This document shows positions 5,791-15,034 of a stretch of 47,888 bases of DNA, one piece after another. Source of the DNA: a virus (Duplodnaviria; Caudoviricetes); the IMG/VR virus record IMGVR_UViG_3300015263_000331, positions 1 to 47,888 of that record; one strand, given 5' to 3'. The notes beneath the pieces are model-generated. The model made no database searches, was not told the origin of the DNA, and saw only the letters and a program-made list of their open reading frames with translations. The first letter of the stretch is position 1. Each line of letters opens with the position of its first letter. The position numbers and the translations under genes were made by a program.

Positions 5791-5973
5791 GGTGACGTGA
5801 TTTCTCTACCAATACACCCAGAAAAGGACGACAGCGACATGGTTTGGGGTTGCAACCAGTGTGGCGAGACACGCCACTACCTGCATGACGATGGCTCTGT
5901 TTCATGCGGTGGCTGTCACGCTGTTTTTGAGGACATCCAGCACTTCAACCCGAAGGAAACTGACAATGGATAG
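5788..5973 (+). CDS. Small zinc-ribbon protein
   Basis: CNQC...CGGC; TGATG coupling. Confidence 0.65.
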   Translation: MGDVISLPIHPEKDDSDMVWGCNQCGETRHYLHDDGSVSCGGCHAVFEDIQHFNPKETDNG

Positions 5974-6214
5974 GATGAGGGATGAACTTCAGATACAGGA
6001 CTGTGGGGGCATTTGGTGCATAACGCGCAATGGTGTTGTTATCCGGCCTGCTGATGAAATTGACAAGGAGTTGGTTGAACGCATTAACACCCTCGAAGCA
6101 CAGCTTAGTAGCCTGTCCCTGTATAGCGAAGCGGTTGCTGAGGTTTGTGATGAGGATATATTCAATCGTATCGAGAGTGAGTGGAATCTCCGTAAGGAGG
6201 CGCGGGATGAGTGA
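5966..6214 (+). CDS. Hypothetical protein
   Basis: ATG 5966 after AAGGA; contains the LEAQL module. Confidence 0.6.
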   Translation: MDRMRDELQIQDCGGIWCITRNGVVIRPADEIDKELVERINTLEAQLSSLSLYSEAVAEVCDEDIFNRIESEWNLRKEARDE

Positions 6215-6560
6215 TCCACGTCGTGATCTGGAGAAGATTATGGAGCAGTACACCGAGACCATGATCCTACTCACTTGCGTCACGTACCTGCGGCCACATT
6301 GCAGTGAATGCATGGTCAAACACTACTACGAAGAAGAGCTGGACCGCTTCATGGAGTCAGTTGGTGACCTGATGCACGATGACTTACCCCAATTCCTGCG
6401 CCAGCTCGTCATCAATGCCAAAGAGCGCACCGAGGAACGCCTCATTGAGCACACCTGTCCACGGGGATCGCTCAAGGAGGTTGTAGAGCATGAGCGGGAG
6501 AAGCTCACACTAGCCATTGGTATGGTAGACTTCGGTCCAGACACGGAGGGCGGATCATGA
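6207..6560 (+). CDS. Hypothetical protein
   Basis: ATG 6207 after AAGGAGG. Confidence 0.7.
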   Translation: MSDPRRDLEKIMEQYTETMILLTCVTYLRPHCSECMVKHYYEEELDRFMESVGDLMHDDLPQFLRQLVINAKERTEERLIEHTCPRGSLKEVVEHEREKLTLAIGMVDFGPDTEGGS

Positions 6561-6853
6561 GCCAGAACAACGGTGTGGCCATCAGCCAGCACACCCTGTA
6601 CGTCAACAGTGGCAGCGAGCCTGTCGAGATCAATGGTATCGGCTACAAGCGGACGCTTGGCACCACCACCTATCGCTTCAACACACATACACCGATCAAG
6701 CTCCAGCCGGGGCAGCGGATTGTGGTGGTGAGCGACGAGGTGGATGGCGAGCCACGACGCAGGTATTACCGGGTCAGTGATGGACCACATGGCTTGACCC
6801 ATGAGCGCCTAGATGGTGAGGAGCTTGTGGTAGACTCAATCAATGGTGGATGA
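6557..6853 (+). CDS. Hypothetical protein
   Basis: GGAGG SD; ATGA coupling. Confidence 0.7.
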   Translation: MSQNNGVAISQHTLYVNSGSEPVEINGIGYKRTLGTTTYRFNTHTPIKLQPGQRIVVVSDEVDGEPRRRYYRVSDGPHGLTHERLDGEELVVDSINGG

Positions 6854-7421
6854 ACACTCTCAGGAGGGCGTAGAGGCGTTCGACCTGCGCGGGGCCATGC
6901 TCCGTGCCAAGAAGGCACTCACACCCGGTGTGAAGGATGCAGGAGGCGATCCTGAGGGCGTCGTCGACCATCCCGATTTACTCGACAAGCATTACCCCGC
7001 CAGCGCCGTCATCCTCTGCAAGGACATCGCCGACCAGCTCAGCCAAGAGTTCCCCGGCTGGGCATGGGCCGTGCAGCCCGATCCCAAGGGCGGCATCATC
7101 AATATCTGGAACCTGCACTGCCACAACGAGCTGGGCTATACGATCCATGGTGACCTACTGGACAACGCCAAGGTCAGGAAGCGTGAAGTCCGCAAGGCGG
7201 GCGGCGAGATACTGGAGCGTTTCAGGATGCCAAGCAGGCTGGACCGGGAGCGTGTGGCCGAGGCACCTCGTGACGCTCGTGGCCGCATGATCCCCGACCT
7301 GCGCGGGTTGAACATGGTCAGGCAGAAGATGAACGCCGAGATCGCGATGGCGTACGCCGAGGGCCGTGCTGAAGTGGTCCATGATTTGGAAGGTAATGAG
7401 TATCTGAGGATCAGACAATGA
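6843..7421 (+). CDS. Phage protein immediately upstream of portal
   Basis: 192 aa, coupled to the portal by ATGA; FPGWAWAV...AGGEILERF motif. Confidence 0.75.
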   Translation: MVDEHSQEGVEAFDLRGAMLRAKKALTPGVKDAGGDPEGVVDHPDLLDKHYPASAVILCKDIADQLSQEFPGWAWAVQPDPKGGIINIWNLHCHNELGYTIHGDLLDNAKVRKREVRKAGGEILERFRMPSRLDRERVAEAPRDARGRMIPDLRGLNMVRQKMNAEIAMAYAEGRAEVVHDLEGNEYLRIRQ

Positions 7422-9916
7422 CAGGGATGTTCGGGCCAAGCAGTGAGTCCGTGCTTGAAGACGGCACGTCAGCGGGGGCCATGGATCAAGGCTATACGGA
7501 CAAGGGGCCAGCGAAGGATGACGACGGCATGGATGCCGATCCCGGCAATGATGCCTTCTGGATCAAGCGAGCACGCGACAGCTACATGACTGGGCAGGAC
7601 TGGTTCGACACCTCAGTCCGCTACAGGATGGAAGACAGCATGCGGCTCTTCAATAGTGAACATCCCCGAGGGAGCCGCTACAACGACGAGGCCTACGAGA
7701 AGCGCAGCAAGCTGTTCAGGCCAAAGACCCGTGCTTCGATCCGTAAGCTGGAGGCTGCAGCGGTCGCCGCCTTCTTCGCCACGCAGGACGCTCTGACCTG
7801 CACGCCACCGAACCAGCGTGACAAGATGCAGCGCTTGGCTGCTGACTCCATGGCCGAGCTACTGAACTATCGCCTGACCACGCAGGGCAATATCCCGTGG
7901 TATCTAACCTGCATCGGGGCCCTGCAGGATGCTTCCAAGCAAGGCGTGGTGATCAGCAGGCAGCAGTGGGTCTACCGTGAGGTGGAGGAGGAGTACGACG
8001 AGGAGATCGTCGACGCCCTGACGCAGCAGCATTTCACCCAGATCAACCGGGAGACAAGGGTAGTGGCGGATCGTCCTGATGTGGTGCTCAGGCCGGTCGA
8101 GAACATCCTGTTCAGCCCAGCCAGCGACTGGCGCAACCCGGTACAGACCTCACCGTTCCTGATCGACATGGAGCCATTCTATGTGGGTGAGGTCGAGGAG
8201 CGCGGCGAGGATGGCAAACAGGGGCCGTATGACGTGGCATGGCGCAAGCTGTCACGCGATACGATCAGGAGTGCGATGAAGCAGTCCTACGATCCTGTGC
8301 GGCAGGCACGTGAAGGTCACCGGGAAGATCGCTATGACGACCAGCGCTCAGCCATCCTCGAATACGATGTGGTCTGGGTGCATCACAACTATGTTCGCAT
8401 CTACGGGCAGGAGTGGTATTTCGCCACGCTGGGCACCGAGGTCATGCTGAGCGACCCCGTGCCACTCGAAGAGGTAACGCCGCTGGGTGAGCGGCCCTAT
8501 GTGCTGGGCATGGCCACGATCGAGCCGCACAAGCCGTATCCGACCTCCGTGGTCGAGCTGGCCAGACCGTTACAGGAAGAGATCAATGACCTCTCGAATC
8601 TCAGGATCGACAACATCCGTCACATCATTTCTCCGCGCTATTTCATCAAGCGAGGCACGTCGGTCGACATTAGGTCTCTCCTACGAAATATCGCGGGAGG
8701 TGTCACGGCTATGGAAGACCCCAAGAACGACGTCAACATCCGAACCATCCCTGACGCCACTGGCAGCAGCTTCCAAGAGCAGGACAGGCTCGCCATCGAG
8801 ATGGACGATCTTACGGGGGGCTTCAATCAGTCTAGCGTCGCTTCTAACCACAATATCAATGAAAGAGTAGGCAACACCCAGATGGTCGGTGAGGCCGCGA
8901 ACCAGATCACCGAGATGACCATCAGGACCTTCAGTGAGACGTGGGTCGAACCGGTACTGCAGCAGGTGCTCGAACTGGAGCGTGCGCTGGAGAGTGATCA
9001 GGTGGTGATGGCGATCGTCGGCCAGCGCATGGGCGTGCCGCCAGAGCAAATCTTCCGCATGCTGGACCTGCCGGTGCGGGTAACCGTCAATGTAGGCTTC
9101 GGTGCGACCAACCCACAGAAGCGGCTGGAGAAGGTCACCATGGCCTTCGCCACGCTGGCCCAGATCAATCCCGAGTGGGTGGCCAAGGCGGATCAGGCTG
9201 AAGTGGTCACCGAGGTGTTGGGAGCGGTGGGCTTCAAGAACGCTGAGCGCTTCTTCCCAGACATCGCCGAGGGTGCTCAGCAGCAAGACCCGAGGTTGCA
9301 GCAGGCCCTGCAGGAGAATGAGCAGCTCAAGGCGCTACTGCAGGGTGAGGGCCAGAAGCATCAAGCCATGCTGCAGGGCAAGCAGATCGACGCTCAGGTC
9401 AAGGTGCAGATCGAGCAGGGCCGGTTGCAGTATCAGCGTGAGAAGGACATGACGCAGGCTGAGCTGGCTCACAAGGTCGAAGAGAACAAGTGGAACATGA
9501 AGATGCTCGACATCAACATCGAGCGTGAGCAGAACGAGTTCAGGCGGCAGGAGCTGATCCAGCAGCGCATCGCCCTGAACCATACCATCACCATGGATGA
9601 GCGGCAGCTCGCCATGCAGCAGCAACAGGCAGACATGCAGGCGCAGCAGGTCCACATCAACCCGCAAACAGGTCAACCAACCAAAGCCGCCAACAAGGAA
9701 GGCGTGAAGCAGATACAGCAAGCAGGCTCAGGGACGAGTCCCCAGCATCCGTCACCACCCAACCCGAAGGAGGCCTCGACCAAAGAGCCGACTCCACCGA
9801 AAGCCCCGGATGGTGGTGGGGGAAGAATCGCCAACCAACCCAAGATAGGAAACGAGGATCGCGCTGGCGTGATCGCAAGAGGACGTTATGGTGCGGTGCC
9901 GTTTCAGGAGGGCTAG
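7418..9916 (+). CDS. Portal protein (podovirus, P22/N4-type) with Gln-rich C-terminal barrel
   Basis: 832 aa; RSKLFRPKTR, PLQEEINDLSNLRIDNI motifs; long coiled-coil C-terminus; position upstream of scaffold and capsid. Confidence 0.88.
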   Translation: MTGMFGPSSESVLEDGTSAGAMDQGYTDKGPAKDDDGMDADPGNDAFWIKRARDSYMTGQDWFDTSVRYRMEDSMRLFNSEHPRGSRYNDEAYEKRSKLFRPKTRASIRKLEAAAVAAFFATQDALTCTPPNQRDKMQRLAADSMAELLNYRLTTQGNIPWYLTCIGALQDASKQGVVISRQQWVYREVEEEYDEEIVDALTQQHFTQINRETRVVADRPDVVLRPVENILFSPASDWRNPVQTSPFLIDMEPFYVGEVEERGEDGKQGPYDVAWRKLSRDTIRSAMKQSYDPVRQAREGHREDRYDDQRSAILEYDVVWVHHNYVRIYGQEWYFATLGTEVMLSDPVPLEEVTPLGERPYVLGMATIEPHKPYPTSVVELARPLQEEINDLSNLRIDNIRHIISPRYFIKRGTSVDIRSLLRNIAGGVTAMEDPKNDVNIRTIPDATGSSFQEQDRLAIEMDDLTGGFNQSSVASNHNINERVGNTQMVGEAANQITEMTIRTFSETWVEPVLQQVLELERALESDQVVMAIVGQRMGVPPEQIFRMLDLPVRVTVNVGFGATNPQKRLEKVTMAFATLAQINPEWVAKADQAEVVTEVLGAVGFKNAERFFPDIAEGAQQQDPRLQQALQENEQLKALLQGEGQKHQAMLQGKQIDAQVKVQIEQGRLQYQREKDMTQAELAHKVEENKWNMKMLDINIEREQNEFRRQELIQQRIALNHTITMDERQLAMQQQQADMQAQQVHINPQTGQPTKAANKEGVKQIQQAGSGTSPQHPSPPNPKEASTKEPTPPKAPDGGGGRIANQPKIGNEDRAGVIARGRYGAVPFQEG

Positions 9917-10045
9917 ATGTTTGTCACAATCTGCACTTATCTCTCGGTGTTCGGAGCGGGTGTTACGATAGGCATGCTCTACATGTACCTCTACTGTCAT
10001 CACAAGCGCTACAGCTTCAGGAAGCGCAACCAAGAGAGAAAGTAG
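9917..10045 (+). CDS. 42-aa single-TM membrane protein
   Basis: SD AGGAGG; MFVTICTYLSVFGAGVTIGMLYMYLYCHHKRYSFRKRNQERK (hydrophobic then basic); hand-translated. Confidence 0.6.
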   Translation: MFVTICTYLSVFGAGVTIGMLYMYLYCHHKRYSFRKRNQERK

Positions 10046-10047
10046 TC

Positions 10048-10476
10048 ATGCCTCGCATGAAACGTCGCACGCTACTGAAAGGTCTCGCCGCTGGGATAGC
10101 GCTCAGTCTGTCCCCGGTGTTCCTGAACCGGGCCAGACTGGAACTGGTTCACGAGCAAGAGCCTGAGTACATCATCACGGTCAATGCCTACCTCAACGGT
10201 AAGCTGGTGGCGATCGGGCAGAACCGGGTTGTGGATAATGGCGTGGACATGTTGGCTGAGACATCTGCTCCGGGGGTAACCATGGTCACGCCCTATCGAG
10301 GCGTGCCTGAGAGGGCCCGACGTTTCCGCTTCCCTGCCGGTCAGGTAGTCGGCAGCATCGATGAGGTCTCGGTCGATATGCCGGGAGTGGAGCGACAGCG
10401 CACGGTCTTTGATCAACCCATCACCGTGATGGCTGACGAGGAGCTGGATGTGGTCTACGAGTACAGGAGGGCATGA
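10048..10476 (+). CDS. Hypothetical protein with twin-arginine (Tat)-like N-terminus
   Basis: KRRTLLKGLAAGIALSLSP matches RRxFLK-like motif plus h-region. Confidence 0.65.
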   Translation: MPRMKRRTLLKGLAAGIALSLSPVFLNRARLELVHEQEPEYIITVNAYLNGKLVAIGQNRVVDNGVDMLAETSAPGVTMVTPYRGVPERARRFRFPAGQVVGSIDEVSVDMPGVERQRTVFDQPITVMADEELDVVYEYRRA

Positions 10477-10613
10477 TGGCTAAGCAGAAGGCAGCGCCAA
10501 AGAAGGAGCGACTGGTGAAGAAGAAGCCGGTTGCACAGGCCGTGCAGCGAGCTGTACGGGAACAGCGGAACCGGGTCGCGTTGCGGCTCAATCGAGAGAG
10601 GATAAAGGAATGA
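10473..10613 (+). CDS. 46-aa highly basic peptide
   Basis: AGGAGG SD, ATGA-coupled on both sides; MMAKQKAAPKKERLVKKK...; hand-translated. Confidence 0.65.
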   Translation: MMAKQKAAPKKERLVKKKPVAQAVQRAVREQRNRVALRLNRERIKE

Positions 10614-10975
10614 GCGTTCACAACCTAGAGCACAGGGGCGTGCTCAACGCCATCATCTTGCCGGGTACGCCTCAGGCTATCACCGGTAATGGCGCGGCCA
10701 GCATCGACAAGTACAAAACGGACCTGACCACGGGCGCTGGTGCAGCCGCTGTCTCACTAGCCAATGGCCGCTACGATGGGCAGCTAAAGCTGATCCAGAT
10801 GGTGGTTGATGGTGGCGGTGATGCCACAGTCACCCCGGACAGCTTGGCGGACGGCAGCACCATCACCTTTGCCGATGCCGGGGACAGCGCGTTGCTGGCG
10901 TGGAACAACGGGGCGTGGTTCGTGGTAGACCTGTTCAATCGTGCTGACGGCGCGAGCGCACCGGTAGTCGCCTGA
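10610..10975 (+). CDS. Putative virion structural or decoration protein
   Basis: Gly/Ala/Thr-rich beta-type sequence (LANGRYDGQLKLI...ITFADAGDSALLAW); in the head cluster. Confidence 0.55.
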   Translation: MSVHNLEHRGVLNAIILPGTPQAITGNGAASIDKYKTDLTTGAGAAAVSLANGRYDGQLKLIQMVVDGGGDATVTPDSLADGSTITFADAGDSALLAWNNGAWFVVDLFNRADGASAPVVA

Positions 10976-11124
10976 TGCCGTACGAGAAGACAGGCAAGAA
11001 GGACAGCAAGGGTCGCAAGCTGTACAGGACCCCGTCTGGCGTACTGGTCACCCAGAGCCAGATCGGGGCCATCGAATCGAAGAAGCACGGACGGGAGCGA
11101 AAGAAAGGCCATGGTCGAAAGTAG
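10975..11124 (+). CDS. 49-aa basic peptide
   Basis: TGATG coupling; MPYEKTGKKDSKGRKLYRTPSG...; hand-translated. Confidence 0.55.
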   Translation: MPYEKTGKKDSKGRKLYRTPSGVLVTQSQIGAIESKKHGRERKKGHGRK

Positions 11125-11419
11125 GAACAAGGAACGGCTGCAGGACAACTGCGGCTTCTGCGGCAACCACAAGGATGATGTGCCGCTGATGGTGACGAGT
11201 CAGCTCGACTCGTACAACAACCCGGCGATCTGCGCCAACTGCGCGATGGCGATCGTGCAGCAGACGTTCATCCGGTTTGGCATCCTCGACAAGCAGATCA
11301 GGCAGCAGATGAGGAAGCCTCCGGTGCCAGAACTGATCGTGCCGGGAGCGGCCAATGATGCCGCCGACAGGGCGATCAATGCCGTTCAGGGGGAGCACGG
11401 TGACCGAGCAGACGAATGA
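11111..11419 (+). CDS. ClpX C4-type zinc-finger domain protein
   Basis: CGFCGNHKDDVPLMV...PAICANC resembles the ClpX N-domain CSFCGK..V..LIAG...ICxxC. Confidence 0.75.
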   Translation: MVESRNKERLQDNCGFCGNHKDDVPLMVTSQLDSYNNPAICANCAMAIVQQTFIRFGILDKQIRQQMRKPPVPELIVPGAANDAADRAINAVQGEHGDRADE

Positions 11420-11798
11420 TCCACTAGACGGGTTCCGTAGCAGGACCCGAGACGCCTATGAATCGTTAGAGGAGGAGGTCCGCTCATGGCGAGCGCTGGC
11501 TGCTGATGATGTCGACCTGCGAAACCTTCAGGACATCATCAAGATGGACAACCTACTGAAGGAGCTGGAAGGTGGATCGACGACAATCAAGCGGCTGGTT
11601 ACATACGCATCTCAACGCATTGGAGAGGCATGTGCGCTATGGGTTCAGAGTGGTGATCCTACCGCTCTTCCGGTTATTGCCGCTCATCGGAATGCTCGTG
11701 CCGCACGGCTACTTCTGGACTGGATAGACGATCACATCAGGGCAGGCAAGGCAGCGGAGAGTCAAATCTTACTAAACGAGGACGAAGGTTATGAGTAA
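11400..11798 (+). CDS. Hypothetical helical head-cluster protein
   Basis: GTG 11400 after GGGGAG; directly precedes the scaffold gene. Confidence 0.7.
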   Translation: MTEQTNDPLDGFRSRTRDAYESLEEEVRSWRALAADDVDLRNLQDIIKMDNLLKELEGGSTTIKRLVTYASQRIGEACALWVQSGDPTALPVIAAHRNARAARLLLDWIDDHIRAGKAAESQILLNEDEGYE

Positions 11799-13185
11799 AG
11801 CAAAGGCAAACCCACAACTGGCCGGTTACCGGCGCGAGAAGATTGGCGACGACAAAGAGGCGCGGGCCGAGGCCGAGAACCGACAGATCGCCAAGGCTGA
11901 GGCCGAAGAGACCGCCGAGCCGGAGCTGCGCCCTGATCCCAGTGTGCAGGTGCCGACTGGCGACGAGACCCAACCCATGCCGCAGCCAGAGCATCGCAGT
12001 GCACTGAACACGCTGTATGAGAAGTCCCGCAAGAACCGGGAGCTGGTAACCCGTGAGGATGAAGAGGGCTCGCCCGACGTCGCTCGCATCCGGGCGCTGC
12101 AGTCTGAAGCAGCCGGTGGCCAGCCACAGGAGGAGTTCGATACCAATCGGCCCGATCGTTTCAGCACACCAGAAGAGATTCAGGCTTATGAGGAGCGTGT
12201 GGCCCAAGAGGATGGAGCAGACGATCCCGAAGAGCCAGATTCGGCTAAATCTGATATATCTGAACCTCGGCGGGAACAGCGTTCCTATGAAGACGTTGAT
12301 ACTGATGTTAGAGTCTCCGTCAAGGTAGATGGTCAGTTCTACGATGTACCCCAGCAGGATATCGATGATGCTGGCGGCATCGAGAACTACCAGAAAAACA
12401 GGGCGGCGACGATCCGCCTGCAGCGTGCAGCTACCCTAGAGCGTAAAGCTCAGGAGAGGGCGCTTCAGATGCAGCAGGTTCCGGTGACCCCGCCCGAAGA
12501 GCTTACAGACCCACCCGAGGGCGGTCAGAGCGAAGCTGATGATGTCGACTCCCTGCGAAGGGAGATGATGGACGTCGTGATCGACGGCGATGAGTCGCAG
12601 ATCAATGAGTGGATCGTAAATCGCTTACAGCGTAAACGTGAAGCCGCTGCTCCGACCCCCAAGCCCCAGACTCGACGTACCACGACGGAACGCGCAGAAC
12701 CTCCGATAGAACAGTCGGAGATTCAGCAGGAGCTGAAGCGCCAGTACGACGAGGACATCGAGGCCACCAATGCCATGATGAACGAAGAGTTCCCCGACAT
12801 CATGGAAGGTGCCAAGCCAAACGCAAGCGAGTTGCAGCGACGTCGATTGGCCGACGCTCAGGAATACTTCAGAGTGCTCACCATGGACCCGCATAACGTC
12901 GGTCGGACCCAGAAGGAGATGGCCCGCGAAGCAGCTCGACGTGCCCGCAAGATCGTTTATCCAGAGGAGCATCGAGGACCGATGCCCCGTATCGAGGAAG
13001 AGCGTCAGCAACGGGTACAACGCAAGCGCAGGCTCCCTCAGCCCTCCCGTGCAGACCGCACAGCCCCGGCGCAACCCAAGCAGGATCAACCAACGGTAGC
13101 TACTGCGCGGGAGCACCTACAGCGTCTTCGTCGGCATGCTGGTCTGGACCTCGGTGAAGAGGACCTAGCCCGCACCCGGCGCTGA
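11791..13185 (+). CDS. Capsid scaffolding protein
   Basis: Acidic, disordered/coiled-coil; VKVDGQFYDVP motif of podovirus scaffolds; directly upstream of the major capsid gene. Confidence 0.8.
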   Translation: MSKAKANPQLAGYRREKIGDDKEARAEAENRQIAKAEAEETAEPELRPDPSVQVPTGDETQPMPQPEHRSALNTLYEKSRKNRELVTREDEEGSPDVARIRALQSEAAGGQPQEEFDTNRPDRFSTPEEIQAYEERVAQEDGADDPEEPDSAKSDISEPRREQRSYEDVDTDVRVSVKVDGQFYDVPQQDIDDAGGIENYQKNRAATIRLQRAATLERKAQERALQMQQVPVTPPEELTDPPEGGQSEADDVDSLRREMMDVVIDGDESQINEWIVNRLQRKREAAAPTPKPQTRRTTTERAEPPIEQSEIQQELKRQYDEDIEATNAMMNEEFPDIMEGAKPNASELQRRRLADAQEYFRVLTMDPHNVGRTQKEMAREAARRARKIVYPEEHRGPMPRIEEERQQRVQRKRRLPQPSRADRTAPAQPKQDQPTVATAREHLQRLRRHAGLDLGEEDLARTRR

Positions 13186-13224
13186 CGATCAGGGTCTCCG
13201 CGCTTTGAACGGAGACTTTGAACA

Positions 13225-14223
13225 ATGGCTGGACAAGTATGGCAAGTGGACGTGCTGGGTGGGTACATGTACTCAGATCAGTTGTCCGACAAACTCCGCA
13301 TCGAGCTGTTGCCTTCTGTCAAGTTCCGCCAGCTTTGCGACGCTCGGGACGCGATGGATAAAGGCCTGAATACAGGCGATGCCTACAACTGGAATGTGTA
13401 CTCTCGCGTGGTCACGGGTGGCGGGCAGTTGCTCGAAACCCAGCCGATGCCAGAGACCAACTACAAGATCGTTCGCAACTCCCTGACGATCACCGAGTAC
13501 GGCAACAGTGTGCCGTACACCGGCAAGCTGGACGACCTGTCCCGCCACCCGGTCGAGGAGATCATCAAGAAGGTGCTGAAGATCGATGCGAAGGAAACGC
13601 TGGATGGTGGCGCACACGCCCAGTTCAACCTCGCAGCTCTGACGGTCACCCCGACTGGCGGCAACAGCACGACCTCGGTCACGCTGGAAGAGGGTGGCTG
13701 CACCATCACCAACAACATTGCGTTGGGCAAGGAGCACATCAAGAGCACGGTCGACGCCATGAAGGAGCGGAACATTCCGCCCTACATCGGTGATGACTAC
13801 TACGCGATCGGCTGGCCGACGACCTTCAGGACGTTCAAGAACGACCTCGAAGGGATCAAGGTCTATGTCGAGACCGGGTTCCGGCACATCATGAACGGTG
13901 AGATTGGCCGTTACGAGAGCTGCCGGTTCATCGAGCAGACTCATGTCGCCAAGGGTGGCGCAGCGGATTCCGTCACGTGGACCTTCCGCACCCCAGACCT
14001 ATGGGACAACGGCAAGTCCGACTGGGTGTTCTTCCTCGGCGAAGACACTGTGGCGGAGGCCGTCGCCATCCCCGAAGAGATTCGAGGCAAGATTCCGACC
14101 GACTTTGGCCGGAGCCGTGGTATCGCATGGTACTACCTCGGTGGCTTTGGGATCGTCCATCTCGGCAATGCGACCGATGGTTTCATCAACGACCGCATCG
14201 TCAAGTGGGAGAGCGCAGCGTAA
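13225..14223 (+). CDS. Major capsid protein (N4-gp56-like)
   Basis: 332 aa; LTITEYGNSVPYTGKL, NGEIGRYESCRFIE, DFGRSRGIAWYYLGGFG motifs. Confidence 0.9.
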   Translation: MAGQVWQVDVLGGYMYSDQLSDKLRIELLPSVKFRQLCDARDAMDKGLNTGDAYNWNVYSRVVTGGGQLLETQPMPETNYKIVRNSLTITEYGNSVPYTGKLDDLSRHPVEEIIKKVLKIDAKETLDGGAHAQFNLAALTVTPTGGNSTTSVTLEEGGCTITNNIALGKEHIKSTVDAMKERNIPPYIGDDYYAIGWPTTFRTFKNDLEGIKVYVETGFRHIMNGEIGRYESCRFIEQTHVAKGGAADSVTWTFRTPDLWDNGKSDWVFFLGEDTVAEAVAIPEEIRGKIPTDFGRSRGIAWYYLGGFGIVHLGNATDGFINDRIVKWESAA

Positions 14224-14240
14224 GGGCGGCTGAACCAGTC

Positions 14241-14304
14241 TGAGGTGGCTGGCTGACGACCCTCTGGGTGTACGGCCTTTCCACCCAGACAGCCAGTCAC
14301 CTCA
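14241..14304 (+). other. Long intergenic RNA hairpin after the capsid gene (RNase III-like or stability element)
   Basis: 15-bp stem (14241-14255/14290-14304, one GU), 7-nt bulge, 8-bp stem (14263-14270/14282-14289). Confidence 0.65.
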
Positions 14305-14325
14305 ACTTCAAGAGGAACAGGAAAG

Positions 14326-14736
14326 ATGAAAACGTATGACAATCCAATCACCGTGAGCCACAACCTCGGTGTGGTGGACTACGGCGCTGGTAACTCAGTG
14401 CAACTGATCCCTGTGCCGCCCAACGTGAGCCGTGCTCGCCTCGAATTCGTCCTGTTGGACGTTGACGAGACCTTCAACACGGACACCACGGACGGGCGCT
14501 TTCAGGTTGGCGACGGGACCACGGCGGACAAGTTCATGGACGCTGACATCGGCGCAGCAGCGGTCGACACAGCCGTGTCTTTCGCCTGCGGCAAGGATGC
14601 GGGCAAGGAGATCGATCTGGATCGTGATGGGGACGGTGGTGCCGCTCTCACGTTTCTGACGGTCACCATGGTCGCGCCGACCGGTGGCACCCCGGCAGGT
14701 ATCGCAAACACGACACTTGTCGTATCGTGGTACTGA
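14326..14736 (+). CDS. Putative capsid decoration or cement protein
   Basis: Follows the capsid gene; beta-rich (VDETFN...FQVGDGTTADKF); ends in SWY. Confidence 0.65.
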   Translation: MKTYDNPITVSHNLGVVDYGAGNSVQLIPVPPNVSRARLEFVLLDVDETFNTDTTDGRFQVGDGTTADKFMDADIGAAAVDTAVSFACGKDAGKEIDLDRDGDGGAALTFLTVTMVAPTGGTPAGIANTTLVVSWY

Positions 14737-14779
14737 TCGCTGCGGACAGGTAACCCGTAACTTACATGAGGCAATGATC

Positions 14780-14989
14780 ATGAAGAAAGTGAGCAAGAAC
14801 CCCGCGATGAGCAAGGGCGGACTGAAGGGTTCCTTCCCTTCGAGCAACGGCGGCTCTCTGAAGACCGGCCTGTCGTCCCGTGAGACCATGTCGTCCAACC
14901 CGGACGCACTGGGCATGGGCAACACAGGTCCGAACCAGATGCCGATGTGTGGCCCGAAGGACAAGGTCGGAAAGTTCCAGTTCTGCTAA
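14780..14989 (+). CDS. Small Gly/Ser/Lys-rich hypothetical virion protein
   Basis: ATG 14780 (or 14774) after GAGG. Confidence 0.6.
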   Translation: MKKVSKNPAMSKGGLKGSFPSSNGGSLKTGLSSRETMSSNPDALGMGNTGPNQMPMCGPKDKVGKFQFC

Positions 14990-15034
14990 CAGTTTGGGCC
15001 TAACGGCCCAACCTTGTTCGCTAGGATGCGGACA

